Below, one piece after another: positions 1 to 9,986 of a DNA stretch of 64,000 bases. Each line of letters opens with the position of its first letter. Positions within the stretch are counted from its first letter, which is position 1. The notes under the pieces were generated by a model. That model worked only from the letters and a program-made list of their open reading frames with translations, had not been told where the DNA came from and made no database searches. A program made the translations under genes and the position numbers. Source of the stretch: an uncultured Candidatus Saccharibacteria bacterium (GTDB taxonomy: Bacteria > Patescibacteriota > Dojkabacteria > SC72); the NCBI GenBank assembly GCA_964621195.1, contig CAZULJ010000002.1:83665-147664 (forward strand), read 5' to 3'.

Positions 1-448
1 ATGATGCATTCCCCCAGTTAACTCCATGTTGGTTAGATGCTGCAAATATGTAGTTATACTGTGTGAAGTATTTACCATACTCTAGTAGGTCTTGCATAAA
101 TGGATCTCCCATATTCTGAGTAACAGTAGTATTAGATCCATGGCTATAGATTATTAATATTGGTGGATTCTTACTATCAATATCTGAGGGAACTACAACA
201 TATGCCTGTTGATCATCGATTATTGGAAAATACTCTTTGTATGGTTCTCCTTCTTCTAAAACAATTTCTTCTGGTTGTGGAGTGGGTAAGGTTTCTTCCT
301 CTTTTACTACTTCCTGTGTATTTGTTTGGGAATCTTGTGTGTTTACGAGAAATACTTTGTAGCACATGTATGCAGGAATGACCAAGAGTAATACAAGTAC
401 TATGAATAGTAGTATGTTTATTAAAACATCTTTTATATTACTTCTCAT
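1..448 (-). CDS. Membrane-anchored alpha/beta-hydrolase-like protein (runs off the window edge)
   Basis: Manual translation from ATG 448: MRSNIKDVLINILLFIVLVLLLVIP (N-terminal TM) ... PPILIIYSHGSN ... FAASNQHGVNWGN. Frame is open to the edge, so it is absent from the ORF track. Confidence 0.65.
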   Translation of the reverse strand, partial: MRSNIKDVLINILLFIVLVLLLVIPAYMCYKVFLVNTQDSQTNTQEVVKEEETLPTPQPEEIVLEEGEPYKEYFPIIDDQQAYVVVPSDIDSKNPPILIIYSHGSNTTVTQNMGDPFMQDLLEYGKYFTQYNYIFAASNQHGVNWGNAS

Positions 449-485
449 ATATTGCCCCACCTAACTTAGTATATCATATCAAGAA

Positions 486-514
486 TTGACATACTTAGTT
501 AATTGAAATATTAT
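486..514 (+). promoter_or_regulatory. sigma70-type promoter for the DsbA-family gene
   Basis: TTGACA-17 nt-TATTAT. Confidence 0.65.
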
Positions 515-558
515 TTTATTTAATTGCCCTCGATTTAATATATTATTCTATATACCCA

Positions 559-1314
559 ATGCCTAAAGAAAAGAGTACGGCCCAAGAGAGCAGTAAGGAG
601 ATAGTGTTGAACTTAGACTCATTTGTAGTTCCAATGTCTATCGTTCTTGCTGGTGTAATTATTGCAGGTGCAATATTTTTAACTAACAACAAAGGTACTA
701 CACCAGAGGTTGAGGGTACAAATGATGGTACAAACAATGCAGCACAGGAAGAATTTCCTGCAGCAGAGACTACTATTGCAGATGCTCCATATGCTGGAGA
801 CAAGAGTAAAGCTAAGGTAGCTATTGTTGAATTTACAGATTATCAGTGTCCATATTGCCAAAGGCATGATCAGGAAACAAAGGCAGATATTATCAAGAAC
901 TATGTAGATACTGGAGATGCTATCTATGTATTTAGAGAGTTCCCATTGGATTTCCATGGTCAGATTGCAATTGATAGTGCAAATGCAGCTCTTTGTGTGA
1001 ATGAGATTGCTGGATTTGATAAATTCTATGAGTATCATACAAAAGCCTTTATGGTTGCATCTAAAGATGCTTTAGTAACATTAGCACAGGATATGGGTGT
1101 TGATATGAACAAGTTTAATACATGTTTAACCGAGAACAGATATCAAGATGCAATTGATCAAGGGTTAGAGGATGGTATAGCTGCTGGTGTACAGGGTACT
1201 CCAGGATTTGTAATTGGTGTTTTAGGTAAGGATGGTTCTGTTAAAGGTAAGTTAGTTGCTGGTGCATATCCATATGATTCATTTGCTCAAATTATTGATG
1301 AGTATTTGAAGTAA
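559..1314 (+). CDS. DsbA/thioredoxin-fold disulfide oxidoreductase with N-terminal TM anchor
   Basis: EFTDYQCPYC (CxxC), FREFPL, GVQGTPGF cis-Pro motif. Confidence 0.9.
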   Translation: MPKEKSTAQESSKEIVLNLDSFVVPMSIVLAGVIIAGAIFLTNNKGTTPEVEGTNDGTNNAAQEEFPAAETTIADAPYAGDKSKAKVAIVEFTDYQCPYCQRHDQETKADIIKNYVDTGDAIYVFREFPLDFHGQIAIDSANAALCVNEIAGFDKFYEYHTKAFMVASKDALVTLAQDMGVDMNKFNTCLTENRYQDAIDQGLEDGIAAGVQGTPGFVIGVLGKDGSVKGKLVAGAYPYDSFAQIIDEYLK

Positions 1315-1333
1315 GGGATATTTCTTGTATATG

Positions 1334-1358
1334 AAAAAGGGGGCGTATGCCCCCTTTT
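1334..1358. terminator. Bidirectional intrinsic terminator
   Basis: AAAAAGGGGGC-GTAT-GCCCCCTTTT between convergent genes. Confidence 0.85.
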
Positions 1359-1378
1359 GTTTTCTAGTGTAATATCTG

Positions 1379-2515
1379 TTACTTCTTTTTGCTTACTACC
1401 TTTTTCTTTGGTGTACTGTTTGTCTTACTTGCTACAAATGCATCATATTTCATTCTAACTACAGCACCTACAGTTACCATACTAAGAAGTAATGAATAGA
1501 AGCCATTTATTAACGGTATGAGTTTTACTACAGAGGTTATCAATCTTCCTACCAGTAATGAAAGATATCTATGGCTGTCTTTCTGATTAAAAAGCTCTAA
1601 GACTTTGTGTCCAATGGCTGCTTCTGTCCAAAGTGTTCCAAAGGTTACTAGGAATACTAATATTCCTGTAATTAGGAATGCTAATGGTGCTCCTACGAGT
1701 GTTAATACTAGTATGAAGAGTGGTAGTGGGATCATGAAGAGTATTAGTAATCCTACTGCAAAGCTTTTAAGTAACTCTTCCCAAGAGGTTACAATCTTCT
1801 TTTCTATCCCCAATGTTTTAACCGGTGCAGAGTAGATTAGTAATACACCTACTATGTACATACCTACAAAACTGATCATTGCTAAACCTAAGTTAAAACC
1901 AAGAAGATCACCCCTTTTGATATCTACTGTTGGTTGTACATTTACCTTTTGGTTGTTTGTTGTTACTACAAAGTCTCCTGCGATATTCTCTTCACTTAGT
2001 GTGTAGCTTTCGGTAGAGAGTAGCATATCTCCAGCAATTTCAGCTTCAGATGAGAGTTGTCCAGTCGCTACTCTTGCGTCATCTCCAATACTTCCCATTA
2101 GCTTTGTTGTTCCAGACGCTATATTTAAATCCTTACCAATATTTGCATCTAGGTCTACCATCATTCCTGCTAGATATACATTCTGTCCTAATGTTCCTTT
2201 TACACTTACATTTGAGCCTGCCGATATTACATTCCCATATATACTCCCCGCGATACTTACAGAGTTACCAAATACATACAGATCTCCTGTTACAGTCCCA
2301 TCTATAGTTATGGTTTGTCCCATGACTATTAAATCTCCATCTACTACTCCTTTTACAATTATATTGTCTCCTGTTACATACAGATCCTCTTCTACTACAG
2401 ATTCTGTGTCTAGTGTATAGTCTCCTGTTTCAAATTGTGCTGCATATGTTTGTATTGGGAGTAATGTTCCTATGGCTACTGCCAATATGGGTAAAAGTAT
2501 GTATTTTTTTATCAT
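1379..2515 (-). CDS. Bactofilin-like (polymer-forming cytoskeletal) beta-helix repeat protein with multi-TM C-terminal domain
   Basis: Signal peptide, then repeats of V.GDL.V.G..I.I.G, then about 5 hydrophobic helices. Start taken at ATG 2515. Confidence 0.75.
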   Translation of the reverse strand: MIKKYILLPILAVAIGTLLPIQTYAAQFETGDYTLDTESVVEEDLYVTGDNIIVKGVVDGDLIVMGQTITIDGTVTGDLYVFGNSVSIAGSIYGNVISAGSNVSVKGTLGQNVYLAGMMVDLDANIGKDLNIASGTTKLMGSIGDDARVATGQLSSEAEIAGDMLLSTESYTLSEENIAGDFVVTTNNQKVNVQPTVDIKRGDLLGFNLGLAMISFVGMYIVGVLLIYSAPVKTLGIEKKIVTSWEELLKSFAVGLLILFMIPLPLFILVLTLVGAPLAFLITGILVFLVTFGTLWTEAAIGHKVLELFNQKDSHRYLSLLVGRLITSVVKLIPLINGFYSLLLSMVTVGAVVRMKYDAFVASKTNSTPKKKVVSKKK

Positions 2516-2627
2516 TTGATAAATTAACAAAATTTATTTTCCCTTCTAAAATATATCATATATTTTTTACAAAAATATATATGAACAAATTGATATGCGT
2601 AAATCTTCTCAGTAAAATATTACTAAG

Positions 2628-2885
2628 ATGAAAAATAGAAAGTATACAAAGACAGAATTTAGTAAAGGTCCTTCTGAAGCAATTTCTTTTGTAAGAGATG
2701 GTGCAACTCTACATGTTAGTTACAAAAGTACAAAGGAACCAATTCCCGTTATTTCTACTAGTAAGAAAGTCTCTAAGAGAAGTAAAAGGGCTTTTACCTA
2801 CGAGAATTTAAAACATTTAATTGTATCCGAACCTAGGTTTGGTAATAGTGCTGAATATTTTCATAAAGAAAGAAGGAAAATATGA
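2628..2885 (+). CDS. Putative antitoxin (small basic protein upstream of PIN toxin)
   Basis: 85 aa, ATGA overlap with the PIN gene; assigned by position only. Confidence 0.5.
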   Translation: MKNRKYTKTEFSKGPSEAISFVRDGATLHVSYKSTKEPIPVISTSKKVSKRSKRAFTYENLKHLIVSEPRFGNSAEYFHKERRKI

Positions 2886-3250
2886 ACGGGTATGTTTTAG
2901 ATACTAGTTTTGTAAGTGCCTTTGGGAATAAAGCAGACTCTAACCATGAAACAGCATTAGAAATTGTAAAAGAATTTGATACAAATTTGCTTATTTTAAT
3001 TCCTGTAGTAGTTCTGGCGGAGATATCACGTATTAAGATATCTAATCTTAGGGAAAGGGCTCTTGATGTATGCTTAGAAACATTTGATAGTATACTTGAG
3101 GTAGAAGAATCAAATATTGAAGAATATTTGGATTCCTCAAAGAAATTACCAAAAAGCTGTACAGCTATTGATTCTCTCCTGTTGTATTTTGCAATTGCAT
3201 ATGATTGTAATTTAGTTACATTTGATAAAGGTTTGTTGAGATTAGTATAA
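2882..3250 (+). CDS. PIN-domain (VapC-like) ribonuclease toxin
   Basis: VLDTS...H..A...VLAE...DS...LVTFDKGL acidic PIN motifs. Confidence 0.85.
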   Translation: MNGYVLDTSFVSAFGNKADSNHETALEIVKEFDTNLLILIPVVVLAEISRIKISNLRERALDVCLETFDSILEVEESNIEEYLDSSKKLPKSCTAIDSLLLYFAIAYDCNLVTFDKGLLRLV

Positions 3251-3282
3251 TGGGGGAGTAATTAATGTAATTGAGGTGAGAT

Positions 3283-4230
3283 ATGAAATTAGTTATATAT
3301 ATGCCTGCATTGAATGAAGAGGAAGGAATATCTGATGTAATACAGTCATTACCAAAGGATATTGAGGGTATTGAGGAGGTAAAGGTATTGGTTGTTGATG
3401 ATGGTAGTACAGATGATACTGCTAAGATTGCAAGGAGTAGTGGTGCTGATGTAGTTAGTCATGGTGTGAACAAGGGTGTTGGTAGTGCTTTTCAGAGTGC
3501 TGTACAGTATGCGTTGGAAAATGGTGTAGATATATTGGTAAGTATTGATGCTGATAGGCAGTTTAACAGTGATCAGATCCCTCAAATTATTAAACCTCTT
3601 TTAGAAGATAGAGCTGATATGGTAACGGGTAATAGGTTTGAGAAGGGTATTCCTGAGAATATGCCTAAGAGTAAGTATTGGGGTAATGAGCAGATGTCCA
3701 AACTTATCTCTTTAATTAGTGGTCAAAGATTTAGGGATGTATCCTGTGGTTTTAGGGCATACAACAGAGAGGCATTGATGAGATTGAATTTGTTTGGGGC
3801 TTTTACATATACACAAGAGACTATCTTAGATATGGTTTTTAAGGGTTTAAGGGTAGTAGAGTTTCCTGTAGATGTAATATATTTTAAAGAGAGGAAGTCT
3901 AGGGTAGCTGGTAGTATTGTTAAGTATGCTCTTAGAACGTCTAAGATAATTCTAAAGACTTTAAGGGATTACAAGCCTATGCTTTTCTTTGGTGGTATGG
4001 GTGGGATACTGATTGTAATTGGATTGGTTATGGAGATTGGTTTGGGTGTTCATTTTCTTTTGTCAGGGGATTTTACTCCTTACAAGTTTATTGGTTTTAC
4101 TGGGTTTGGGTTTTTAGTTTTTGGTTTACTGTTAGTTATAGTTGGTTTACTTGCAGATATGTTTAACAGAGTAAGGGTTAATCAAGAGAGAATACTGTAT
4201 GAGTTAAAGAGAGAGAGGTATGATGAGTAA
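3283..4230 (+). CDS. GT2 glycosyltransferase, polyprenol-phosphate (DPM synthase-like) type with C-terminal TMs
   Basis: MPALNEE, VVDDGSTD, IDADRQ, DVSCGFRAY, two C-terminal TMs. Confidence 0.9.
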   Translation: MKLVIYMPALNEEEGISDVIQSLPKDIEGIEEVKVLVVDDGSTDDTAKIARSSGADVVSHGVNKGVGSAFQSAVQYALENGVDILVSIDADRQFNSDQIPQIIKPLLEDRADMVTGNRFEKGIPENMPKSKYWGNEQMSKLISLISGQRFRDVSCGFRAYNREALMRLNLFGAFTYTQETILDMVFKGLRVVEFPVDVIYFKERKSRVAGSIVKYALRTSKIILKTLRDYKPMLFFGGMGGILIVIGLVMEIGLGVHFLLSGDFTPYKFIGFTGFGFLVFGLLLVIVGLLADMFNRVRVNQERILYELKRERYDE

Positions 4231-5083
4231 TATGAAAATTCTAATAGTTATTGTTAGTTACAATGGTTTAGACTTACTAAAGAGACATTTACCCTCAGTT
4301 CTAAAAACAAATTATCCAGAATACGATGTTTTAGTTGTTGATAACGGGTCTGTAGACGATTCAGTCTCTTTTCTTAAGAAAGAGTATCCCAAGGTAAAGA
4401 TAGTAGAGAATGGAGAAAATTTAGGTTTTGGAAGGGGTAATAACCGGGGAGTATATGAGTATCCAGATTATGATGCCTACGTATTTATAAACAATGATAT
4501 GTCCGTAGAGAGGAATTGGTTAACGGAGTTAGTTAATGTTGTTAAAAAAGAGAAGAATGTCGGAGCTATTGGCCCAAAGATACTCTATTCAAAAAAGAAG
4601 AATGGGAAGTATGTAATAAACTCTGCAGGCATAGAGCTTGATAACCATTTCATGGGTTATGATAGATATGATGGGGAATATGATGATGCAAAGTACAATG
4701 TAATAGAGGAGGTAGAAGCTATATGTGGTGGTGCACTTTTTGTTACGAAGAAGGCTTGGGATATGATTGGAGGTTTTAATTCGCATATGTTTATGTACTA
4801 TGAGGATGTAGATTTATCTCTCAGAATTAAAGATTTTGGATTTAAACTCTTTTATTGTGGAAAGAGTACTGTATATCACGATCATATGGCCTCTTCGGGG
4901 AGCATTGGTAATTTTAGAAGAAACCTTATGAGTATGAGGAATAGGTTTATCAGCATTGTAACTAGACTTGGATTTCTGGTAGGATTAACGGAAACCATTT
5001 GGTATCTTTACCATTGGTTTACTTGGAAATTTATATACTCTAAAAAATTTACTCTAAGGGAATATTTAGGAAAAAAACAATGA
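4220..5083 (+). CDS. GT2 glycosyltransferase (rhamnosyltransferase-like)
   Basis: VVDNGSVD, NLGFGRGNN, FINND, FMYYEDVDL. Confidence 0.9.
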   Translation: MMSNMKILIVIVSYNGLDLLKRHLPSVLKTNYPEYDVLVVDNGSVDDSVSFLKKEYPKVKIVENGENLGFGRGNNRGVYEYPDYDAYVFINNDMSVERNWLTELVNVVKKEKNVGAIGPKILYSKKKNGKYVINSAGIELDNHFMGYDRYDGEYDDAKYNVIEEVEAICGGALFVTKKAWDMIGGFNSHMFMYYEDVDLSLRIKDFGFKLFYCGKSTVYHDHMASSGSIGNFRRNLMSMRNRFISIVTRLGFLVGLTETIWYLYHWFTWKFIYSKKFTLREYLGKKQ

Positions 5084-5853
5084 ACAGAAACGATTTAGAT
5101 CTATACAAGCAGTTTGTGAAGACTATCTTCAAGATGAGGTACAAAGGCTCTATACTTGGGTTCCTTTGGGTATTGTTGAAACCCTTCTTTATGTTCTTAA
5201 TTCTGTTTGTCGTTTTCTCTTCTGTCTCCGGGCAAGTAGGAGATCTTTCATCCAAACAATACGCGGTATATCTGTTATCTGGGTTAATCATATATACATT
5301 CTTTAATGAAGGTATTACTTGGGGAATGAATTCTATTATGGAGAGGGCAGATTTGATAGTTAAGATTAACTTCAAAAGAGAGATTGTTTTAATTAGTGCT
5401 CTTACAATGTCTTTGATCAATTTCTGTATTAACTTACTGATAATAGCTATTGTTGCACTTGTATTGAATGTCCAATTCTCACTACTTGGTGTAGGGTATA
5501 TTCTTCTCATCTGTTTAACTATGTTCATTGGTATGTATGGTATAGCCTTTTTTACAAGTATCTGGATGGTCCATCTAAGGGATTTGGCTCATATTTCAGA
5601 GCTGTTACTCCAACTTATGTTCTATGCATCTGCAGTATTCTTCCCAATAGCTATGGTTCCAGAGAAATATCGCTTTATCGTTGAATACAATCCAATAGCC
5701 GTATATATACAATCAGTAAGAGAGGCTTTAATACATCAAGAGATTACAAACTTGACCTTTGTATTAGGTTCACTTCTTCTGGCAGTTGTATTAGTAATTG
5801 TTGGGAAATGGTATTTTAAGAAAAATATTTTAAAAATAGCGGAGTACTTCTAG
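5080..5853 (+). CDS. wzm: ABC-2 polysaccharide export permease
   Basis: RYKGSILGFLWVLLKP, RDL.H, YNP motifs; 6 TMs. Confidence 0.9.
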   Translation: MNRNDLDLYKQFVKTIFKMRYKGSILGFLWVLLKPFFMFLILFVVFSSVSGQVGDLSSKQYAVYLLSGLIIYTFFNEGITWGMNSIMERADLIVKINFKREIVLISALTMSLINFCINLLIIAIVALVLNVQFSLLGVGYILLICLTMFIGMYGIAFFTSIWMVHLRDLAHISELLLQLMFYASAVFFPIAMVPEKYRFIVEYNPIAVYIQSVREALIHQEITNLTFVLGSLLLAVVLVIVGKWYFKKNILKIAEYF

Positions 5854-5854
5854 T

Positions 5855-6586
5855 ATGGAGAATACAGCAATTAGTGTAAAAAATGTCAGCAAAGGTTTTA
5901 AAATTCCAGTGAGTGGACATAGTAATACTTTGCAAGAGAGATTTCTTAATCCTTTTAGAAAGATTGAGTACAGAGAATTTCATGCATTAAAGAATCTTTC
6001 CTTTGATGTGGCAAAGGGTGAGTTTTTTAGTGTAATAGGGCCCAATGGTGCAGGCAAATCAACATTACTAAAAATAGTTTCTCAAATATATGTTCCAGAT
6101 GAAGGAAAAGTTGAGGTTAACGGTAAATTGGTACCATTCTTGGAGTTGGGTGTAGGTTTTAATCCAGACTTGAGTGCAAAAGAGAATGTATATCTTAACG
6201 GCACGATCTTAGGTTTAACAAAAAGAGAATTAGATGAATATATTGACGATATCTTTGGCTTTGCAGAGCTAAGAGAGTTTGCAAATATGTCTATAAAGAA
6301 TTTCTCCTCGGGTATGCAGGTCAGATTAGCATTCTCAATAGCTATTAGAGTTAAATCAGATATTCTAATACTAGATGAAGTACTTGCAGTAGGAGATGGG
6401 GAATTCCAAAAGAAGTGTTACAAATATTTTGAAGATATTAGAGGAAAGAAGACAATACTTTTTGTCTCTCATGGGTTGGAGTCTGTTAAGAAGTATTCTG
6501 ATAGGGTTTTGTGGTTGAAGGAGGACAAGACGTATGAGATTGGTTCTGCAGAAGAGATGGTAGAGGGATATAGTAAAACATTTTAA
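5855..6586 (+). CDS. wzt: ABC polysaccharide export ATPase
   Basis: GPNGAGKST, FSSGMQVRLAFS, ILDEVLAVGD; no C-terminal carbohydrate-binding domain. Confidence 0.92.
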   Translation: MENTAISVKNVSKGFKIPVSGHSNTLQERFLNPFRKIEYREFHALKNLSFDVAKGEFFSVIGPNGAGKSTLLKIVSQIYVPDEGKVEVNGKLVPFLELGVGFNPDLSAKENVYLNGTILGLTKRELDEYIDDIFGFAELREFANMSIKNFSSGMQVRLAFSIAIRVKSDILILDEVLAVGDGEFQKKCYKYFEDIRGKKTILFVSHGLESVKKYSDRVLWLKEDKTYEIGSAEEMVEGYSKTF

Positions 6587-6597
6587 CTGTACAATCT

Positions 6598-8469
6598 ATG
6601 AAGGTTATAGATATTTTCCAAAGGGTAGTTAATAGATTACCAATATATTTTACTCAGTTTAAAACCCTGGTTAAAAAGCAAGGACTATTTTTCACACTTA
6701 AAAAAGTTTTTAAGAAGATATTTAGGTTTGTTGTTAGTGGTGGTAAAGCATCAAAACTCTTAGATCTTACATATGGTGAATGGATGAGTAATGTTGAGAG
6801 TAAGTATCTAAACACAGAGAGTATGTTAGATGATTTAAAAGAACTCAAGGTTAAACCAAAGTTTAGTGTGATATTTCCTGTTTGGAATAAGTCTGAGGAT
6901 ATGCTTTCTGAGGCTCTGGACTCTATTGTGAACCAAGTTTATGAGAATTGGGAGATATGTATTTCAGATGGATCTACTAAGCGTGTAGAAGAGACTAGGG
7001 AGTTTTTAAGGGAGTTTCAGAGTAAGTACAAGGGCAAGGTTAAGTTCTCAACCATTGATGTAGAGGGTATCAATATTATTGAGAACAGTAACAAGGCTCT
7101 TTCTTTGGCAACTGGAGATTATGTTGTATTTATGGATTGTGATGATGAGATATCTGTTAATTGTTTACTTGAATTAGCTAAAAGTATTAATGAGAATCCT
7201 AAGGTCGAGTTCTTGTACAGTGATTTTGACAAGATAGATGAGAAGGGTAAGAGGTTTGATCCTTCTTTCTGGCCTGATTGGTCTCCACATACTTTAACTG
7301 CACAGATGTATACAACTCATGTAACTTGTTACAAAAAAGAAGTAGTAGAAGAGTTAGGTGGATTAGTTAAGGGTACGGAAGGTGCTCAGGATTGGGATTT
7401 AGTACTTAGGTATGTAACTAGAGGTAAGTGGAATGTAGTACATATTCCTAAGATTCTTTATCATTGGAGAGTGTATCCTGGTTCTACGGCATTGGCTAAT
7501 AGTGGTGCTAAGGATTGGGCGTATGAGAATCAAAGAAAGGTATTAGAGAGGTATTTAGAGAGAAGGAAGTTAAAGGGTAAGGTACTAGAGGGTCCTTTTG
7601 AGGGTAGCTGGAGAGTTAAGTTTGATATTAAAGATAATCCTAAAGTTAGTATTGTTATTCCTACTAAGGACAAGGTTGAGTATTTAAGTAAGGCTATAGA
7701 GAGTATTAAAGAGCATACTAAGTATGGTAACTATGAGATTGTGATTGTAAACAATAGGTCAGAGGAGGAAGAGACACTAGAGTATTTTAAGGAGATTAGT
7801 AAGGAAGAGAATATTAGAGTTATTGATTTTAATCAGCCTTTTCATTTTGGGAAGTTGTATAACTGGGCTAGTAAGGAAGTTGATGGTGAATATATGTTGA
7901 TACTTAATAATGATATTAAGGTGTTAAATGATGGTTGGTTAGAATCTATGTTAGAGTTTGGACAATTACCTGAGGTAGGTAGTGTAGGAGCTCGGTTATA
8001 CTATGAGGATGGTCGGATACAGCATGCGGGTGTAATTGTTGGTGCAGGGGGGGCTGCTGCACATAGTCATAGGTTATGTGATGGTAATGATTTTGGCTAC
8101 AATGGTGCTATTGTTAATGTTAGAAACTATTTAGCTGTTACTGGGGCTTGTGTAATGGTAAACAGAAAGAGGTTTATTGATATTGGTGGTTTTGATACTC
8201 AGTTTGATCCTGCTTATCAGGATGTAGATTTGGGTATTAGGCTTTATGAGATGGGTTTATACAATGTCTATACTCCTTATGCAGAACTTATACATTACGA
8301 ATCTATTACAAGATTTAGTACTAAGGAGAAGTTAGAAAGAGATGAGGAGAATGCACTAAAGTTAAGAAAGAGATGGCCACAATATATTGAATATATGGGT
8401 GGAGATGATCCGTTTTTTAATCCTAATTTTTCATATGCACATGAAGATTTTAGGATTAGAGCTGAGTAA
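6598..8469 (+). CDS. Two-domain GT2 glycosyltransferase (WsaE/RfbC-like polymerising type)
   Basis: Domain 1 WEICISDG/YSDFDKID/PDWSP/GAQDWDL; domain 2 VSIVIPTKD/LNND/QHAGV/AVTGAC. Confidence 0.9.
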   Translation: MKVIDIFQRVVNRLPIYFTQFKTLVKKQGLFFTLKKVFKKIFRFVVSGGKASKLLDLTYGEWMSNVESKYLNTESMLDDLKELKVKPKFSVIFPVWNKSEDMLSEALDSIVNQVYENWEICISDGSTKRVEETREFLREFQSKYKGKVKFSTIDVEGINIIENSNKALSLATGDYVVFMDCDDEISVNCLLELAKSINENPKVEFLYSDFDKIDEKGKRFDPSFWPDWSPHTLTAQMYTTHVTCYKKEVVEELGGLVKGTEGAQDWDLVLRYVTRGKWNVVHIPKILYHWRVYPGSTALANSGAKDWAYENQRKVLERYLERRKLKGKVLEGPFEGSWRVKFDIKDNPKVSIVIPTKDKVEYLSKAIESIKEHTKYGNYEIVIVNNRSEEEETLEYFKEISKEENIRVIDFNQPFHFGKLYNWASKEVDGEYMLILNNDIKVLNDGWLESMLEFGQLPEVGSVGARLYYEDGRIQHAGVIVGAGGAAAHSHRLCDGNDFGYNGAIVNVRNYLAVTGACVMVNRKRFIDIGGFDTQFDPAYQDVDLGIRLYEMGLYNVYTPYAELIHYESITRFSTKEKLERDEENALKLRKRWPQYIEYMGGDDPFFNPNFSYAHEDFRIRAE

Positions 8470-8497
8470 AGAATCGACTAAGTTATTACATTCTTAT

Positions 8498-9952
8498 ATG
8501 TATAAAATTATTGAGAATATTAAAAAAGTAGAGTCAAATCATAAAGAGATCCTACTGTTCATTCCTATCTTTTTAATGGGAATTATTTTTACCCTAATCG
8601 TCCCACCATTTCAGAAGGCCGATGAAACTGCTCATTTTTTGAGATCTGTTACGGTTTCACGCGGGCAATTGGTTTGCATGGAGAGTGAAGATGGGAAGAA
8701 GTATTTTGAGTTACCTCAAAAATATTTTGATTACATTAGGAACACAGAAACAAACAGAGTAGCTTTTCATTACGAAGAGAAGTTTCATTTTACAAACCTT
8801 ATCAATGCAGAGAAGAAGGGGCAATCTTCGGAGAAAGAATCGATTTGGGAAGGTTATTGTATGCTACCTTTCATACCATATCTCCCTTCTGCATCTATGA
8901 TTTTTGTAGGTGAAATATTTAATTCGATATCGACATCTTTTTATCTTGGTCGTTTCTCTTCATTTCTGTTATTTTTTTTGTCATTGACTTGGTCATATCA
9001 AAAAATAAAAAAATCGAAGCTAAAGTGGATATTATTTGCTTACGCTCTCATACCGATGGTGTTACATCAAGTTACTGGTATCGGCTATGATAGTACACAA
9101 TTATCGTTGATAACAATTATTTTTGCTTTAAATGTACATTTTGTTGAGAATAAGAATTCAAGCAAAGGAGATTTTAGAATATACATAGTATCTATGATCT
9201 TACTATTGTTAGTAAAGCCTGGATTCTACTTCCTATCCTTGTTATATCTACTTATACCTGCAAAAAAAATTCATAATGATAGAAAGTTTTATATTTTTTT
9301 TACTGTTATTTATTTTGTTTTAAGTTTTGGCTCTGCAGTTTTATTTACCAAGTATTATAGCGAAACAGGTTTATTGGAGGGAACTGGAGGAACAGATCCT
9401 CTGGAGCAACTGAAGTTAGTTTCGGATCCCTCTTTCTTAATCTTCTTAATTAAAAATACTATAGAAACATATTCAGATTTCTACATAAAAAGTTTTATTG
9501 GATTGTTTGGTTGGTTGGATTATGGACTTCATGCTATAACATACATTTTATTTCTGCTATTTTGGATTCTCGTTGCGAGAGAACTTAGAAATTCCGAGTT
9601 TTTCACAAAGCTGAAGTCAAAGATCTTTCTTCTAGGATTGATTCTTTTTTTGTCCATTGGATTTATATTTGGAAGTATATATCTATCTTGGAATACAGTA
9701 GGAAATCCAGTAATCAGTGGTGTTCAAGGGAGATACTTCTTAGTTTTATTTCCATTTGTATTGGTCTTTATTTCTGGAATGATGAAAGTTTTTGAAATGA
9801 ATAAAAGATTTAAATTTTTCTTCATATTACTCGTATTTATTTACCTTCTTCTTGAAATCACGTATGTTATTTATGATAGGTACTACGATTATTCATTACA
9901 GAATATGCATCTTGAGACTTATTCTTTGTGCTTGAACTGTTCCAATGAGTAG
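8498..9952 (+). CDS. DUF2142-like multi-TM membrane protein (GT-C-like)
   Basis: PPFQKADETAHF, FIGLFGWLD, GVQGRYF; ATG 8498 avoids a long overlap with the upstream gene. Confidence 0.8.
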   Translation: MYKIIENIKKVESNHKEILLFIPIFLMGIIFTLIVPPFQKADETAHFLRSVTVSRGQLVCMESEDGKKYFELPQKYFDYIRNTETNRVAFHYEEKFHFTNLINAEKKGQSSEKESIWEGYCMLPFIPYLPSASMIFVGEIFNSISTSFYLGRFSSFLLFFLSLTWSYQKIKKSKLKWILFAYALIPMVLHQVTGIGYDSTQLSLITIIFALNVHFVENKNSSKGDFRIYIVSMILLLLVKPGFYFLSLLYLLIPAKKIHNDRKFYIFFTVIYFVLSFGSAVLFTKYYSETGLLEGTGGTDPLEQLKLVSDPSFLIFLIKNTIETYSDFYIKSFIGLFGWLDYGLHAITYILFLLFWILVARELRNSEFFTKLKSKIFLLGLILFLSIGFIFGSIYLSWNTVGNPVISGVQGRYFLVLFPFVLVFISGMMKVFEMNKRFKFFFILLVFIYLLLEITYVIYDRYYDYSLQNMHLETYSLCLNCSNE

Positions 9953-9986
9953 GCTAAGGAATTATTATATTTTAAAATAATATTGA

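Noticed and set aside
160-381. Short ORFs in the six-frame track that overlap longer genes (e.g. 160-381, 543-803, 5049-5528, 27890-28342, 56286-56660)
   Set aside because: They are antisense or alternate-frame shadows of motif-bearing genes and have no independent support.
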